Assembly (NCBI GenBank): GCA_045564915.1
Contig: JBJLGL010000014.1
Span: forward strand, 7,691 to 71,690
Direction of reading: 5' to 3'
DNA length: 64,000 bases
Source of the DNA: Rhodospirillaceae bacterium
GTDB taxonomy: Bacteria; Pseudomonadota; Alphaproteobacteria; Rhodospirillales; Rhodospirillaceae
The position numbers were made by a program, and so were the translations under genes. Shown piece by piece: positions 1 through 11,053 of the stretch (its first letter is position 1; each line of letters starts with the position of its first letter). The notes beneath the pieces are model-generated. The model saw nothing but the letters and a program-made list of their open reading frames with translations, did no database searches and was not told where the DNA came from.

Positions 1-1544
1 CAAGTCGTTGTCTCGTTTAAACCCCGAGCCGCCAAAGCCCGTCTGATTCTCCTAACCCTGCGTTGCTGGGCTGAAAATGCTGGTTTTGCAATAGCGGGCC
101 TTGGCAAAGGCGTGGGGGGAATATCATCATATCCACGAATCCTTAGTACTTCTTCGAGAAGATCACTCTCCCCCTCCACATCGCGACGCCATGCAGGAAC
201 GGTTACCTGCCATGACTCAGCAGACTCCAATGCCACTGCGAAGCCGAGACGCTCCAGACAAACCTTGATTTCTTCTCGCTCGATATCAATCCCGCCAAGC
301 CTAGAAACCTTAGCGGGTCTGAACGAGACTTTTGGGAACGCAGTTGGCTCCGCTCCGCCTTGCGCTACATCAGAAGCTTCGCCACCGCATATTTCAATAA
401 TCATACGCGTTGCGATTTCAGCTCCCACAACCGCGGAGTTTATATCGACGCCACGTTCGAAGCAGTAACGGGCGTCTGAAACAATACCAAGAGACCTTCC
501 TGTAGTCGCAATATTTACTGTATCAAAAAGTGCAGACTCTAGAAAAACCTCCGTGGTTTCTTCGGTGCACCCTGAGAGAACGCCACCCATAATACCTGCA
601 ATAGCCAGGGCTTTGTCATTGTCTGCAATGACTAGCATGGAGTCTTTTAATTCATAGGTCGAACCATCAAGCGCTATGATTTTCTCCTTATTCTTGGCGA
701 GACGCGGCCCAACATCGCCGGATAACTTACTAGCGTCAAAAGTATGCAATGGTCGGCCCAAATCTACCGTTATGTATTGGGTGATATCGACAAGAGCTGA
801 CACTGGACGCAATCCGATCGCAGTGAGTCTATCTTTGAGCCAGCCTGGGCTCTCCTGGTTCTTCACTCCACGAATAGTTCGCCCAACAAAGTGAGGGCAA
901 AGATGCGCGTTGTCGCGATTCAAATTCATCGCAACCGTTCTGGAACTCTCAAATGCACCTTGGGTAGACGACTCATCGATTGGTTTCAGCATTCCAAGCC
1001 CTGCAGCAGCGAGGTCACGAGCAATACCTCGCACTCCAAGGGCATCCACTCTATTCGGGGTTAACGCGACATCAATCACCGGCTCAAGGGACAGCGCATC
1101 GACAGCTGAGGAGCCAGCTAAGGCGTCAGTGTCTAGTTCGATGATACCATCTTGATCATCACCAAGTTTCAGTTCTTGGGCAGAGCACATCATACCCCTA
1201 CTCTCAACGCCACGGATCTCTCCGGACTTCAGAACCGCCCCAGTCGACGGGATCATATCACCTGGCCTAGCAAGAATTCCTTTAAGTCCGGAACGGGCAT
1301 TCGGTGCGCCACAGACTACTTGAATCTCTTCTGATCCGATACTGATGCGGCAGACCTTAAGGCGGTCTGCATTAGGGTGCTTTTCAGCGCTTATAACCTC
1401 GGCAACAATAAATGGCGCTAGGGCCTTAGCTGGGTTATCTACACCTTCAACCTCCAGCCCAATTGCCGTCAATTTGTCAGTGATCTGTTCGAGATCTGCA
1501 TCTGTATCCAGGTGGTCCATGAGCCAGGATAAGGTAAACTTCAT
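1..1544 (-). CDS. pheT: phenylalanine--tRNA ligase beta subunit, N-terminal part (gene runs off the left edge)
   Basis: Absent from the ORF track because no stop lies in the window. Minus-strand ATG at 1544-1542 overlaps the pheS stop (ATGA). My translation starts [34 protein letters not shown]...[12 protein letters not shown], a typical PheT N-terminus. The + strand ORFs 112-1731 are antisense artefacts. Confidence 0.9.
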   Translation of the reverse strand, partial: MKFTLSWLMDHLDTDADLEQITDKLTAIGLEVEGVDNPAKALAPFIVAEVISAEKHPNADRLKVCRISIGSEEIQVVCGAPNARSGLKGILARPGDMIPSTGAVLKSGEIRGVESRGMMCSAQELKLGDDQDGIIELDTDALAGSSAVDALSLEPVIDVALTPNRVDALGVRGIARDLAAAGLGMLKPIDESSTQGAFESSRTVAMNLNRDNAHLCPHFVGRTIRGVKNQESPGWLKDRLTAIGLRPVSALVDITQYITVDLGRPLHTFDASKLSGDVGPRLAKNKEKIIALDGSTYELKDSMLVIADNDKALAIAGIMGGVLSGCTEETTEVFLESALFDTVNIATTGRSLGIVSDARYCFERGVDINSAVVGAEIATRMIIEICGGEASDVAQGGAEPTAFPKVSFRPAKVSRLGGIDIEREEIKVCLERLGFAVALESAESWQVTVPAWRRDVEGESDLLEEVLRIRGYDDIPPTPLPRPAIAKPAFSAQQRRVRRIRRALAARGLNETTT

Positions 1545-2617
1545 TGACTCAACCCCCCCACCAATGAAGGCGCATCAAATACAGAAAAACCGTAATGACG
1601 CAGCCAGCGGAGATCAGAATCAAAAAATGTTCTTAGGTCGGGTATGCCGTATTTCAGCATTGCTACACGTTCGACGCCCAGGCCAAAAGCAAATCCTTGA
1701 TACTCGTCTGGGTCCAGACCACAGGCCTTGATCACATTGGGGTGCACCATGCCGCAGCCAAGGATTTCTAGCCAGTCTGCACCAGTACCGATCTTGAATT
1801 CACCATCATTTCGCGAACACCCAATGTCCATTTCAGCAGAGGGCTCTGTGAATGGAAAATACGATGGACGAAAACGGAGAGGCGGGCTGTCTACTTCAAA
1901 GTAGGCGTTAGCAAACTCAATCAGACAACCTTTCAGATGACCCATGTGGCTGGTCTTATCTATAACCAGGCCTTCCACCTGATGAAACATTGGCGTGTGA
2001 GTGATGTCATAGTCACACCGATATGTTCGTCCAGGTGCTAGCACCCGAATAGGTGGCTTCTGCTCCTGCATAACCCTAACCTGTACTGGCGATGTATGCG
2101 TCCGCAGAAGGTAGCGTGTGCCGTCATCCAACGAAGGTAAGAAAAATGTATCGTGCATCTCGCGCGCTGGATGATCCGGTGGAAAATTGAGAGCCGTAAA
2201 ATTGTGAAAGTCATCCTCGATATCCGGTCCCTCAGCAACTTCAAATCCCATCGGGCCAAAAATGGCAATAATTTCTTCAATTGTCTGGCTTATCGGGTGC
2301 AGCGTACCCTGCGTTTCAGGGCGTATGGGTAAGGAGACATCAACCCTTTCATGCTTAAGCCGCTCCGTAATATCCTGATTCTCAAGTTCATTTTTGCGTT
2401 GGTCAATTAGACTTGAAATCTCGTCCTTAAGAAGATTCAGACCCTGACCTGCAACCTTCCGCTCTTCCGGAGCCATATTTCCGAGGCCCTTCATCAGTAA
2501 TGTAATACGCCCTTTCTTCCCAAGGGCAGTGACCCGGATAGTGTGGAGGTCGTCTAGATCCTTAGCACCAGAAACTTCTTCTAATAGATCATCGCGAAGT
2601 TGGGTGAGTTGTTCCAT
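1541..2617 (-). CDS. pheS: phenylalanine--tRNA ligase alpha subunit
   Basis: 358-aa ORF with class II aaRS motifs ([21 protein letters not shown]). Lies directly upstream of pheT. Confidence 0.95.
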   Translation of the reverse strand: MEQLTQLRDDLLEEVSGAKDLDDLHTIRVTALGKKGRITLLMKGLGNMAPEERKVAGQGLNLLKDEISSLIDQRKNELENQDITERLKHERVDVSLPIRPETQGTLHPISQTIEEIIAIFGPMGFEVAEGPDIEDDFHNFTALNFPPDHPAREMHDTFFLPSLDDGTRYLLRTHTSPVQVRVMQEQKPPIRVLAPGRTYRCDYDITHTPMFHQVEGLVIDKTSHMGHLKGCLIEFANAYFEVDSPPLRFRPSYFPFTEPSAEMDIGCSRNDGEFKIGTGADWLEILGCGMVHPNVIKACGLDPDEYQGFAFGLGVERVAMLKYGIPDLRTFFDSDLRWLRHYGFSVFDAPSLVGGLSQ

Positions 2618-2737
2618 AAGTGTGCCTCGATCTGAACTATTGTTAATCCATACCGGTTATGGCGGCAGGCCCTGCGGCAGCCTCCACCGAGACAATTCTC
2701 TTACGAGGTGGCTGGCGCCAATATAGCGCCAAAGGTC

Positions 2738-3094
2738 TTAGCCAAGTGCCGCTTCAGCCTGTTTGACCAGGCTCGCAAAGGTTTCAGGCTCACGCACAGC
2801 GATATCAGCGAGTACTTTACGATCCAAGCCAATGCCCGATTTCCGTAGCCCATCCATAAATCGAGAATAAGTCAACCCGTGCTCCCGGGCTCCCGCGTTA
2901 ATGCGTTGTATCCAGAGCGAACGGAAATTGCGCTTTCTTACGCGCCGGTCACGGTAGGCATACTGAAGACCTTTTTCGACTTTCTGCTTGGCTACTCGGA
3001 AATTCTTCGAATTGCGTCCCTGGTAACCTTTGGCCGCCAGGAGCACTTTCTTGTGGCGAGCATGAGTGGTGACACCCCTTTTTACACGTGACAT
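2738..3094 (-). CDS. rplT: 50S ribosomal protein L20
   Basis: 118 aa, [16 protein letters not shown]... Sits in the infC-rpmI-rplT context. Confidence 0.95.
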   Translation of the reverse strand: MSRVKRGVTTHARHKKVLLAAKGYQGRNSKNFRVAKQKVEKGLQYAYRDRRVRKRNFRSLWIQRINAGAREHGLTYSRFMDGLRKSGIGLDRKVLADIAVREPETFASLVKQAEAALG

Positions 3095-3106
3095 CTAAGG
3101 CCTCCG

Positions 3107-3310
3107 TTACGACGTGCCATAGGGCAGGAATTTTCTTATTATCTTGGCATCAGAATCAGCCAAAACAAAGGAGCCCCGCGCCTTGCGCTTCATTTTCTGA
3201 GTTTTTGACCCGAGACAGTGACGCTTATAGGCAAAGTTACCCTTAAGCTTGCCAGAGCCCGTCGTTCGGAAGCGCCGTTTCGTGGCACTTTTCGTCTTCA
3301 TTTTGGGCAT
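3107..3310 (-). CDS. rpmI: 50S ribosomal protein L35
   Basis: 67 aa, MPKMKTKSATKRRF..., basic protein between infC and rplT. Confidence 0.95.
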   Translation of the reverse strand: MPKMKTKSATKRRFRTTGSGKLKGNFAYKRHCLGSKTQKMKRKARGSFVLADSDAKIIRKFLPYGTS

Positions 3311-3512
3311 TTTTCATTCCTTATTCTCTAGTATTTCCAACGGATCGGCATGCCCAGGCTCTAAAATCGCCTCTCGCCGGACCGTCATTGGCCTATAAAA
3401 TAGGCAGTCCTCACAGTATTATCTGCAAAGGAAGCGGCGGTTTATACCGCTAGACTATTGAATTTGCAAGAAAGTAAACGGTTCGATAGCACTCCTTGGA
3501 GACCCTAAAGGG

Positions 3513-4013
3513 TTAACGTGGGGCTACCACCATCACCATTTGACGGCCCTCCATTTTGGCCTCTTGTTCCACTTTAGCAATTTCGCCGATATCCGACCTG
3601 ACCCTATTGAGCACGTCGACGCCCAACTCCTGATGAGCCATCTCACGACCACGAAACCTCAGTGTTACCTTGACTTTATCGCCGTCACCAAGAAATCGTC
3701 TCATGTTACGCATCTTAACATCATAGTCATGGCTATCGATATTAGGACGAAGCTTGATCTCCTTTACATCGATGACCTTTTGCTTTTTCTTTGCTTCATT
3801 CTTTTTTTTCTGTGCTTCATACTTGTACTTGCCGTAGTCAAGAATCTTACACACTGGAGGATCAGCATTGGGTGATATCTCCACAAGGTCTAAGCCCGCC
3901 TCATCGGCGTGCCCCATAGCTTCCTGGGCAGTAACGACGCCAATGTTTGCACCATCTGCTCCAATAAGACGTACCTGTGGAACATCAATTCCCTCGTTTA
4001 CAGCGCGGTCCAT
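3513..4013 (-). CDS. infC: translation initiation factor IF-3 (as given by the ORF track; the N-terminus is problematic, see findings)
   Basis: 166 aa with [14 protein letters not shown]...[26 protein letters not shown]. An in-frame TGA lies 8 codons upstream of the ATG. Confidence 0.9.
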   Translation of the reverse strand: MDRAVNEGIDVPQVRLIGADGANIGVVTAQEAMGHADEAGLDLVEISPNADPPVCKILDYGKYKYEAQKKKNEAKKKQKVIDVKEIKLRPNIDSHDYDVKMRNMRRFLGDGDKVKVTLRFRGREMAHQELGVDVLNRVRSDIGEIAKVEQEAKMEGRQMVMVVAPR

Positions 4014-4050
4014 CCTTGGACGGCGGCGTCGTGGTCATGGGTCTAGATAT
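3985..4050 (-). other. alternative-frame segment encoding an IF-3-like N-terminal tail, with its own SD and AUA start
   Basis: AAGGAG (4064-4059), 8-nt spacer, ATA 4050-4048, then TCT AGA CCC ATG ACC ACG ACG CCG CCG TCC AAG GAT GGA CCG CGC = (I/M)[15 protein letters not shown]. This frame ends at TGA 3987-3985. Confidence 0.6.
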
Positions 4051-4169
4051 TTAAGAGTCTCCTTTATTTCGTTTAAGAACTCGCTTTAATATAGAACTGA
4101 ATTTAGCCTCAATGCACCAGCCACGCGGTTAACGACATTAGGCTTAGGTCTAATATAATTTTACATCCT

Positions 4170-6125
4170 TCAAGAACCGGGTGGGGTAGCTTCTGAGTTG
4201 AGTGTATCGACTGCCTCTGTAAGGGCAAGTATTTCTTGGGTTTTGCCGCTTAAGCGCCGCAGGGCAACCGTTTGGGACTCTGCTTCTTTCTGACCTACAA
4301 CTGCTATCACTGGAACCTTGGCGTGAGAATGCTCGCGAACCTTGTAATTAATTTTTTCATTCCGCAGATCTGTCTCCACCCGAAGCCCACAGGACCGTAA
4401 TGAGTCCGCCACAAAAACAGCGTAAACATCAGCTTCCGACGTGATCGTCGCCACAACTACCTGTACAGGTGCAAGCCACAGCGGAAACTTGCCACTATAG
4501 TTTTCGATTAGGATTCCAATAAAGCGTTCCAAACTGCCAAGAATAGCGCGGTGCAGCATAACTGGGCGATGTTTCTCTCCATCCTGACCCACATAAACAG
4601 CATCGAGTCGTTCTGGCAAAACGAAATCGAGCTGAATGGTTCCGCACTGCCAGGTCCGACCAATCGCATCCTTAAGGTGAAACTCTAGCTTGGGTCCATA
4701 GAACGCTCCCTCACCGGGAATTATTGCATATTCCAGCTGCGCTGCTTTGACTGCAGCTTCAAGCGCTTCCTCAGCCTGGTCCCATGTGGAGTCTTCCCCA
4801 GCGCGCACCTCCGGCCTAGTGGCTAATTTGACCTCTAATTCGTCAAATCCGAGGTCTTTATATACGGACTGTAGCAGCGCGCAAAACTGTGTCGTCTCTT
4901 CTGTAACTTGGTCTTCCCGACAGAAGATATGTGCATCATCTTGGGTCATCTGCCTCACACGCATCAAGCCGTGAAGTGCTCCATGCGGTTCATTCCTGTG
5001 GCAGCATCCAAATTCTGCCATACGGATCGGCAGGTCGCGGTAACTGCGGATGTCATTCTTATAGATCTGCACATGTGCAGGACAGTTCATAGGCTTGATA
5101 GCCATCAAGCGGGCGTTCTTTGGCAAGACTGGTGCATCGTCATCAATACTTGGAATCTCATCTGGTACTACAAACATATTTTCTCTGAATTTTGACCAAT
5201 GCCCTGACTGCTCCCAGAAAGCCGAGTCAAGTAGCTGGGGAGTCTTGACCTCAACATATCCGGCATCATCTAAACGGCTACGGATATATTTTTCCAGAAC
5301 CAGCCAGATAGTGTAGCCTTTAGGGTGCCAGAAGACCGACCCCTGAGCCTGTTCTTGGAGATGAAATAGGTCCATTTCACGGCCCAACTTTCGATGATCT
5401 CGCTTTTCTGCCTCCTCAAGCATTATAAGATAAGCTTTGAGTTGTTTAGCATCTGCCCAACACGTGCCATATATTCGCTGCAGCATCTCATTTCGATGAT
5501 CGCCACGCCAATATGCACCAGCTAGCTTCATAAGCTTAAATGCATGCCCCAGTTTGCCTGTCGACGGCAAATGAGGTCCACGGCACAAGTCTAGCCATGC
5601 CCCCTGTCTATAAATTCCAACCTCTTCATCCGCAGGAAGATCTTCAATTATTTTTGCTTTGTATTTCTCACCTGCATCATTGAAATAAGCTAAGGCCTTA
5701 TCGCGTTCCCATACTTCTCTATCAATTTGCTCGTCGCGATCTACAATCACCCTCATCCGCTTCTCGATTTCTTCTAAATCACCAGGCGTAAAAGGTTCAG
5801 ACCGAGCAAAGTCGTAAAAGAAGCCGTTTTCGATGACAGGCCCAATAGTGACCTGGGTTTCTGGGTATAGTTCTTGAACAGCCTCTGCCATAACATGAGC
5901 AGCATCATGTCTCAGCAATTCCAGGGCTATTGAGTCCTTGGCAGTGATTATTGCGACATTCGAATCATGGGAAATGACAGTTTTGAGATCTCGCATTTCA
6001 CCATTAAGATTTATAGCCAGTGCGGCTTTAGCTAAGCCCGGACCAATGTCAGCAGCCAGTGCTGTGCCTGTTACAGGGTCTGCAAATTCACGCACACTGC
6101 CGTCTGGCAGGGTGATGGCAACCAT
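4170..6125 (-). CDS. thrS: threonine--tRNA ligase
   Basis: 651 aa with a TGS-like N-terminus, class II core and anticodon-binding C-terminus. Sits upstream of infC, as in many bacteria. Confidence 0.95.
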   Translation of the reverse strand: MVAITLPDGSVREFADPVTGTALAADIGPGLAKAALAINLNGEMRDLKTVISHDSNVAIITAKDSIALELLRHDAAHVMAEAVQELYPETQVTIGPVIENGFFYDFARSEPFTPGDLEEIEKRMRVIVDRDEQIDREVWERDKALAYFNDAGEKYKAKIIEDLPADEEVGIYRQGAWLDLCRGPHLPSTGKLGHAFKLMKLAGAYWRGDHRNEMLQRIYGTCWADAKQLKAYLIMLEEAEKRDHRKLGREMDLFHLQEQAQGSVFWHPKGYTIWLVLEKYIRSRLDDAGYVEVKTPQLLDSAFWEQSGHWSKFRENMFVVPDEIPSIDDDAPVLPKNARLMAIKPMNCPAHVQIYKNDIRSYRDLPIRMAEFGCCHRNEPHGALHGLMRVRQMTQDDAHIFCREDQVTEETTQFCALLQSVYKDLGFDELEVKLATRPEVRAGEDSTWDQAEEALEAAVKAAQLEYAIIPGEGAFYGPKLEFHLKDAIGRTWQCGTIQLDFVLPERLDAVYVGQDGEKHRPVMLHRAILGSLERFIGILIENYSGKFPLWLAPVQVVVATITSEADVYAVFVADSLRSCGLRVETDLRNEKINYKVREHSHAKVPVIAVVGQKEAESQTVALRRLSGKTQEILALTEAVDTLNSEATPPGS

Positions 6126-6189
6126 GGGATTCCCTTTTCATACTCAAGGACGACGAAGCGCGGGCAATCTAAGAAGATAGCCAAACAAG

Positions 6190-7158
6190 TCAAGTTATTG
6201 TCTTTTTATTTAGGGCCTGGACTACTTCAGCAACCGCAATTGAAGCGAGAGTATGCCGGCGTAGTATGGTCACATCTGGCCCGCGATGGCCACTCAGGGC
6301 CGCATCAGACCCCGGGTCATAAAGAACAACACTTCTGCATCCAGCTGCAGCTAATAGGTGCATAAAGCTATTGTCGGCCCCAATGGCACAAGACGCAGCC
6401 CAAGCTAGAAAAACAAGCTCTATGTAGGAGGCTTGGCCGCATAAATTGATAGTTTCAGGAACAACCCCAACAACAGCTTCGGTAATATCTTGAGCCTTTT
6501 TTTCCCCAATTAACACCGGACGTTCGCCCCTAGCCGACGAAACTGCTGCCATTTCGGCATAGTGACTTGGAGTCCACTGGACGCCATTTACTCCTCCCGG
6601 GTCGAGGGCAAACAGAATGAATGGCTCGCTGAGAGAAAGTGGCAGCGAGAAAGTGCCAACTGAACGTGACACCCATGCTAAGCTTGCGGGGGGATGCTCG
6701 CTTATTCCAGCAACCCCAATTTGGGTCATGAGACTATCACTACAGTGCGCTGTTGATTGGTCAGAATTTGTATAGAAATAAGAACACCCCTTTGCATGAC
6801 CACACCAAGGGATTGGCTGTTCGAAGCCCAGCCTTTGCCTCCACGTTTTAGCTAGAGTAAATACCTGTTTCGTTCTTGTTGAAGTATCAAGATCATAAAC
6901 CCTGTCAAATGTTTGCCCGCGCACGAGTGAACACAACCCCAGAACTGAACCTGTGTCTGGGATTACCTCGTCAAAATAAGGGGCTACACGCGCAAAATCG
7001 ACCATAGCCTTACTGCATACCAGGGTAATTCCAGCACCATCATGATGCATACGAATTGCAGAAAAAGCGCGCAAGGCATATACGAATGACTCTAGCGACT
7101 TGGTTTGGATGACCAAGATCGATTGTTTCTCTTCATGTTTTAATTGGCTATTAATCAC
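6190..7158 (-). CDS. glycosyltransferase family 9 (heptosyltransferase-like)
   Basis: 322 aa. The C-terminal GADNSFMHLLAAAGCRSVVLY resembles the GT9 signature, and the N-terminal ILVIQTKSLESF resembles the GT9 start. Confidence 0.65.
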   Translation of the reverse strand: MINSQLKHEEKQSILVIQTKSLESFVYALRAFSAIRMHHDGAGITLVCSKAMVDFARVAPYFDEVIPDTGSVLGLCSLVRGQTFDRVYDLDTSTRTKQVFTLAKTWRQRLGFEQPIPWCGHAKGCSYFYTNSDQSTAHCSDSLMTQIGVAGISEHPPASLAWVSRSVGTFSLPLSLSEPFILFALDPGGVNGVQWTPSHYAEMAAVSSARGERPVLIGEKKAQDITEAVVGVVPETINLCGQASYIELVFLAWAASCAIGADNSFMHLLAAAGCRSVVLYDPGSDAALSGHRGPDVTILRRHTLASIAVAEVVQALNKKTIT

Positions 7159-7169
7159 GTCTCTTATAT

Positions 7170-8342
7170 TTATTTCCCGGATTGATAGATCATGCTTTCA
7201 TATATCTTGAGCGTTTTATCGGTCATGTTTTTTTTGCTAAAATGGTTGATGACATGTTCTCTCGCACGGTCCGCGAGATCCTCGCGCATGCCTTTTTTAA
7301 GGGTAGCAGCTCGCCTGATCGCACCAGCAAGTGATTTTGCATCTCCAGGCGTGAAAAGCCACCCAGTAACACCGGGCAACATGATTTCTTGAGCCGCACC
7401 ATGTGCTGGCGCCACCACAGGCCGCCCCATTGCTTGCGCCTCTGCAACAATGCGGCCAAATGCTTCTGGCCTGGTCGATGCTGAAATGACCACATCGGCA
7501 ACCATATATGCAGCAGCCATATCACGACAATCTTCAATGATTTGTATGTCTCCTCCAACACCATGAGATTCAATATATGACTCTAGACGTGACCTATATG
7601 CTGACCCTTCAGATGAAGGCCCCACCATAAGGCAGCGCCAACCCTCTGGCATACCGTTTGAGGATTTAAGAATTGAAAGGGCATCAGCAACAAGTGCGTG
7701 GCCCTTCCAACTTGCTAAACGGCCTGGCAGCATTACTATTGGACCACCATCTGGAAGCCGCCATTTCTTTGCCAGGTCTATAATGCGCGCTGGAGTTACT
7801 GACCTTGGATCGAATACTTCCGTATCAATCCCACGATAAATAGTTTGGATGATACTCTCATCGACCTCATATTCATTGGCGATATAGTTGGCAATAAAAT
7901 CTGAAACTGCAATAGTTGGTGTCCCCAAGGTCATAATGCGATTGTATGGCTTCTTAAGACCTAGCAGACCTCGGCTATACGTGCCGTGGAAAGTCGTGAT
8001 CAAGGGAAACTCTATAGAATTTTTTGCCCAGTGCGCACTCCAGGCTGGAGCCCGCGACCTAGCGTGTACAATATCGATTGATTGATTTGATATCAATTCA
8101 GCCAACTGCTTGCTATTTAGCCACATCCTTAATGGTGATTTTGTTGCGAGTGGCAAAACAAAATGTTCTGCGCCGGTCCGCTCCAACTCTCGCAACCGCG
8201 GGCCCCCTTCAGAAGCTACGAGTGCCCTCCAGCCTTCCCTAACGAGGGCTTGGGCCATATCAATGGTACCACGCTCAACACCGCCAGTACCAAGCGAAGG
8301 CAGAATTTGCAGGCAAGTCTTGATGATAGGTTTAGATGACAT
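7170..8342 (-). CDS. glycosyltransferase family 4 (GT-B, group 1)
   Basis: 390 aa with the EX7E-type motif EAFGRIVAEAQAMGRPVVA. Confidence 0.75.
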   Translation of the reverse strand: MSSKPIIKTCLQILPSLGTGGVERGTIDMAQALVREGWRALVASEGGPRLRELERTGAEHFVLPLATKSPLRMWLNSKQLAELISNQSIDIVHARSRAPAWSAHWAKNSIEFPLITTFHGTYSRGLLGLKKPYNRIMTLGTPTIAVSDFIANYIANEYEVDESIIQTIYRGIDTEVFDPRSVTPARIIDLAKKWRLPDGGPIVMLPGRLASWKGHALVADALSILKSSNGMPEGWRCLMVGPSSEGSAYRSRLESYIESHGVGGDIQIIEDCRDMAAAYMVADVVISASTRPEAFGRIVAEAQAMGRPVVAPAHGAAQEIMLPGVTGWLFTPGDAKSLAGAIRRAATLKKGMREDLADRAREHVINHFSKKNMTDKTLKIYESMIYQSGK

Positions 8343-8422
8343 ATTAATGCTAGTTTACGGTACTTGAGCGATCAAATCAGTATTAAGTATTACACTTTCT
8401 TACTTCGTTTGGAATTTTACCT

Positions 8423-9190
8423 TTGAAACCCAATGCCACCACTTTACAGCGTCCCGATGGAGCCGTAATCGCCTACGATAGAGTTGCGGGCAAGGCACCT
8501 GGTATTTTTTTCCTACACGGACTTAGATCGGACAGAAAAGGTTCTAAGGCTGCAGCTCTCATGGCCTACTGCCAGGAATCTAATCTGGCATTTCTATCGA
8601 TTGATATGTACGGACATGGAGAATCATCCGGAGACTTTCGCGACGGATGTATTAGCCAATGGACCGATGATGCAGTAGCAGCTATCGATCATCTAACAGA
8701 AGGGCCACAGATTCTGGTTGGCTCCAGCATGGGAGGTTGGGTGATGTTGCGTGCAGCCCTTGCCCGGCCACACCGTGTTAGTGGACTGGTTGGAATTGCA
8801 GCCGCGCCAGATTTTACCGAAGACCTTATCTGGAATGCCTTGAGCAAAGAAGAACAAAATGAAATGAAGAAAGACGGTTTTCTTGAGCAACCAAGCGATT
8901 ATGATCAAGAGCCTTATTATATTTCATATGGCTTAATAGAGGACGGACGAGACTGTCTAGTAATGCACGACACAATACCTATTCATAGTCCGGTCCGTCT
9001 CTTACATGGCCAGAAAGATAATGATGTCCCTTTTTCAACGTCGCTTGCATTGGCAGAAATTATCACATCAAGCGATGTTGAAACGATTTTGATCAAGGAT
9101 GGTGATCACCGGCTCTCTCAACCAGATGATCTGTCTCGATTGGTTACCATAATTGAGCAGCTCCGTATGACTATTAGTGCCAGCTTATGA
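8423..9190 (+). CDS. alpha/beta-fold hydrolase
   Basis: 255 aa with nucleophile elbow GSSMGGW and a C-terminal DGDH. Confidence 0.7.
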   Translation: MKPNATTLQRPDGAVIAYDRVAGKAPGIFFLHGLRSDRKGSKAAALMAYCQESNLAFLSIDMYGHGESSGDFRDGCISQWTDDAVAAIDHLTEGPQILVGSSMGGWVMLRAALARPHRVSGLVGIAAAPDFTEDLIWNALSKEEQNEMKKDGFLEQPSDYDQEPYYISYGLIEDGRDCLVMHDTIPIHSPVRLLHGQKDNDVPFSTSLALAEIITSSDVETILIKDGDHRLSQPDDLSRLVTIIEQLRMTISASL

Positions 9191-9501
9191 CTTCTCCTGA
9201 CCCCAAAGTTAAAAATACCCTTGCTGTCTTAAACGACGCACTTGAACGGGATCCAATCGCTCTAACACAACTGTTGAACGCCCGGGTAGAATGCAACGAA
9301 AAACTTGCGAAACACCCAACTGTTCAGACGGGCCGATATGGCAATAAAGAAAAAATTGGGGTCCTCGGTCTGATTAATGGCATTCTGGGTTACAAGCAGG
9401 GGGGTATTGGTGCTGAAGGAGATGTTGACCCGAGAACTGGTCGGTTTGTTCGTATTCGGAGATTCATTCATGTAAAGAGTGGTTTGAATGTCCGTGCATA
9501 G
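9187..9501 (+). CDS. hypothetical protein
   Basis: 104-aa ORF. Its start overlaps the upstream stop (ATGA). I recognise no family. Confidence 0.4.
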   Translation: MTSPDPKVKNTLAVLNDALERDPIALTQLLNARVECNEKLAKHPTVQTGRYGNKEKIGVLGLINGILGYKQGGIGAEGDVDPRTGRFVRIRRFIHVKSGLNVRA

Positions 9502-10327
9502 TATGTGGCTTCAGCAACCATATGCAGCGCAGAAAATGAGCTGCGCCACTTGCATTGCTTTTCTTACCTCCAGCGTGCTCGCTGCACCGAGCGCTTTAGA
9601 CACAACGATCTATGCAGATAATCAGGAAGACACCTATTATCGATGCCTGCAAGCTGCTGACACCAACCCTGAAATCGGCCTAGAAATGGCGCGAAGGTGG
9701 ATTCGGTTAAAAGGAAGAGAACCTGCACAGCATTGTGAAGCATTATCATTAATGTCTCTTGGAGACGCCGAAGAAGCTGCTCTACGCATGCAGAGCCTGG
9801 CGTCCCAATCTGCGAGTAATCGATCTATCAGATCTGGACTATGGGCGCATGCTGGCCGCGCCTGGATGCAGGTCAATGACTATAGTCGCGCATTAAGCGC
9901 TTTCACATCCGCCTTAGTACTAGATGATCGAGATAGAGGGGTCTACATGGACCGGGCATTGTGCCACGCTGCACTCGATGACCTATGGTCAGCTATAGAC
10001 GATCTTAATAGAGTCATTGATAGCGACCCCGAGTCTTTAGATGCTCTGGTTCTGCGTGGTAGTGCATACCGCCGACTGAAGCTACCCGACCTAGCTTACG
10101 ATGACCTTAACCGTGTGCTTATGGGCGACCCAAATTATGTGGACGCTTTACTGGAGCTAGGTTTGTTGGCGGAGAATCAGGGGGAAAAAGAATCAGCACG
10201 AGCTGCGTGGATAAAGGTTCTAGAGCTAGAGCCAGAGTCTGCAGCCGGGAATGCCGTTAGGGAGCATATAGAGCGTATCGATTTGAATCTTGGCCTAATC
10301 GATAATAAGGAAAAGCCAAAACCCTAG
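9488..10327 (+). CDS. TPR-repeat protein, probably secreted (start may be the Met at 9536)
   Basis: 279 aa. A signal-like MSCATCIAFLTSSVLAAPSA is followed by repeated A/L/Y-rich 34-aa-type motifs. Confidence 0.6.
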   Translation: MSVHSMWLQQPYAAQKMSCATCIAFLTSSVLAAPSALDTTIYADNQEDTYYRCLQAADTNPEIGLEMARRWIRLKGREPAQHCEALSLMSLGDAEEAALRMQSLASQSASNRSIRSGLWAHAGRAWMQVNDYSRALSAFTSALVLDDRDRGVYMDRALCHAALDDLWSAIDDLNRVIDSDPESLDALVLRGSAYRRLKLPDLAYDDLNRVLMGDPNYVDALLELGLLAENQGEKESARAAWIKVLELEPESAAGNAVREHIERIDLNLGLIDNKEKPKP

Positions 10328-10992
10328 AAGTCTAGGTTAGCATAGATTGGAGCTGGGCTAATTCCCATCACTACATCTCCCAAAAGGGGTCTAAAACAAG
10401 GACGAGATTTAAGTCGCGCATACCATTCCTTGGCCAAGGGATGCTGCTCCCATGGGACATCGTTTGTGTAATCTATTAGAGAAATGTGCGCGCCAGCCGC
10501 TAGGTCAGCGACAGACAAGTTATCGCCTGCAAGCCACCTTCGGCGATCGGTCAGCCAGGCAATATATTCTAGGTGCGCATGGATGTTTTGACGCCCGGCA
10601 CGAATGGCCCTTGAGTCCGGCTCCTCACTCTTAGCTAACCTTTTAAAGAGCTTCTCTTTAGACAAGAACTCCGTCACTTCTGAGTTAAATTTGGATTCGA
10701 ACCAGTGCAGCAACCTTCTCGCTTCGGCGCGAGCTTTGCTGGTAGATCCAACTAAAGGCACCTCCGGATATACCTCTTCTAGGTATTCAACAATCGCATA
10801 CCCTCCTGAAATAACGACATTTTCCTCCTCGACGAGCACAGGCACCTCCCCCGCTGGGTTAAGGACCAAGAAGTGCTCCTGCCCCATCCAATATGGCTCG
10901 ATGCGTTCATCAGCTTCAAGGTGCTTCTCTTTCATTATTAATCTAATGATTCGTGACAATGTTGATATGGGGTGATGAACTAGCGTACGCAT
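10324..10992 (-). CDS. glutathione S-transferase family protein
   Basis: 222 aa with a thioredoxin-like N-domain (NPAGEVPVL) and a helical C-domain. Confidence 0.7.
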   Translation of the reverse strand: MRTLVHHPISTLSRIIRLIMKEKHLEADERIEPYWMGQEHFLVLNPAGEVPVLVEEENVVISGGYAIVEYLEEVYPEVPLVGSTSKARAEARRLLHWFESKFNSEVTEFLSKEKLFKRLAKSEEPDSRAIRAGRQNIHAHLEYIAWLTDRRRWLAGDNLSVADLAAGAHISLIDYTNDVPWEQHPLAKEWYARLKSRPCFRPLLGDVVMGISPAPIYANLDF

Positions 10993-11053
10993 AAAACTCT
11001 AATAGAACATTGCGGCTTTCTTCACCAGTAGAACTAGACTAATCCGCAGCTGC

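Noticed and set aside
112-1731. A series of + strand ORFs (118, 72, 81, 60 and 128 aa) at the left edge.
   Set aside because: They lie antisense to a continuous minus-strand frame that translates as a canonical PheT N-terminus. Their low-complexity Ser/Arg/Pro-rich composition is typical of antisense artefacts.
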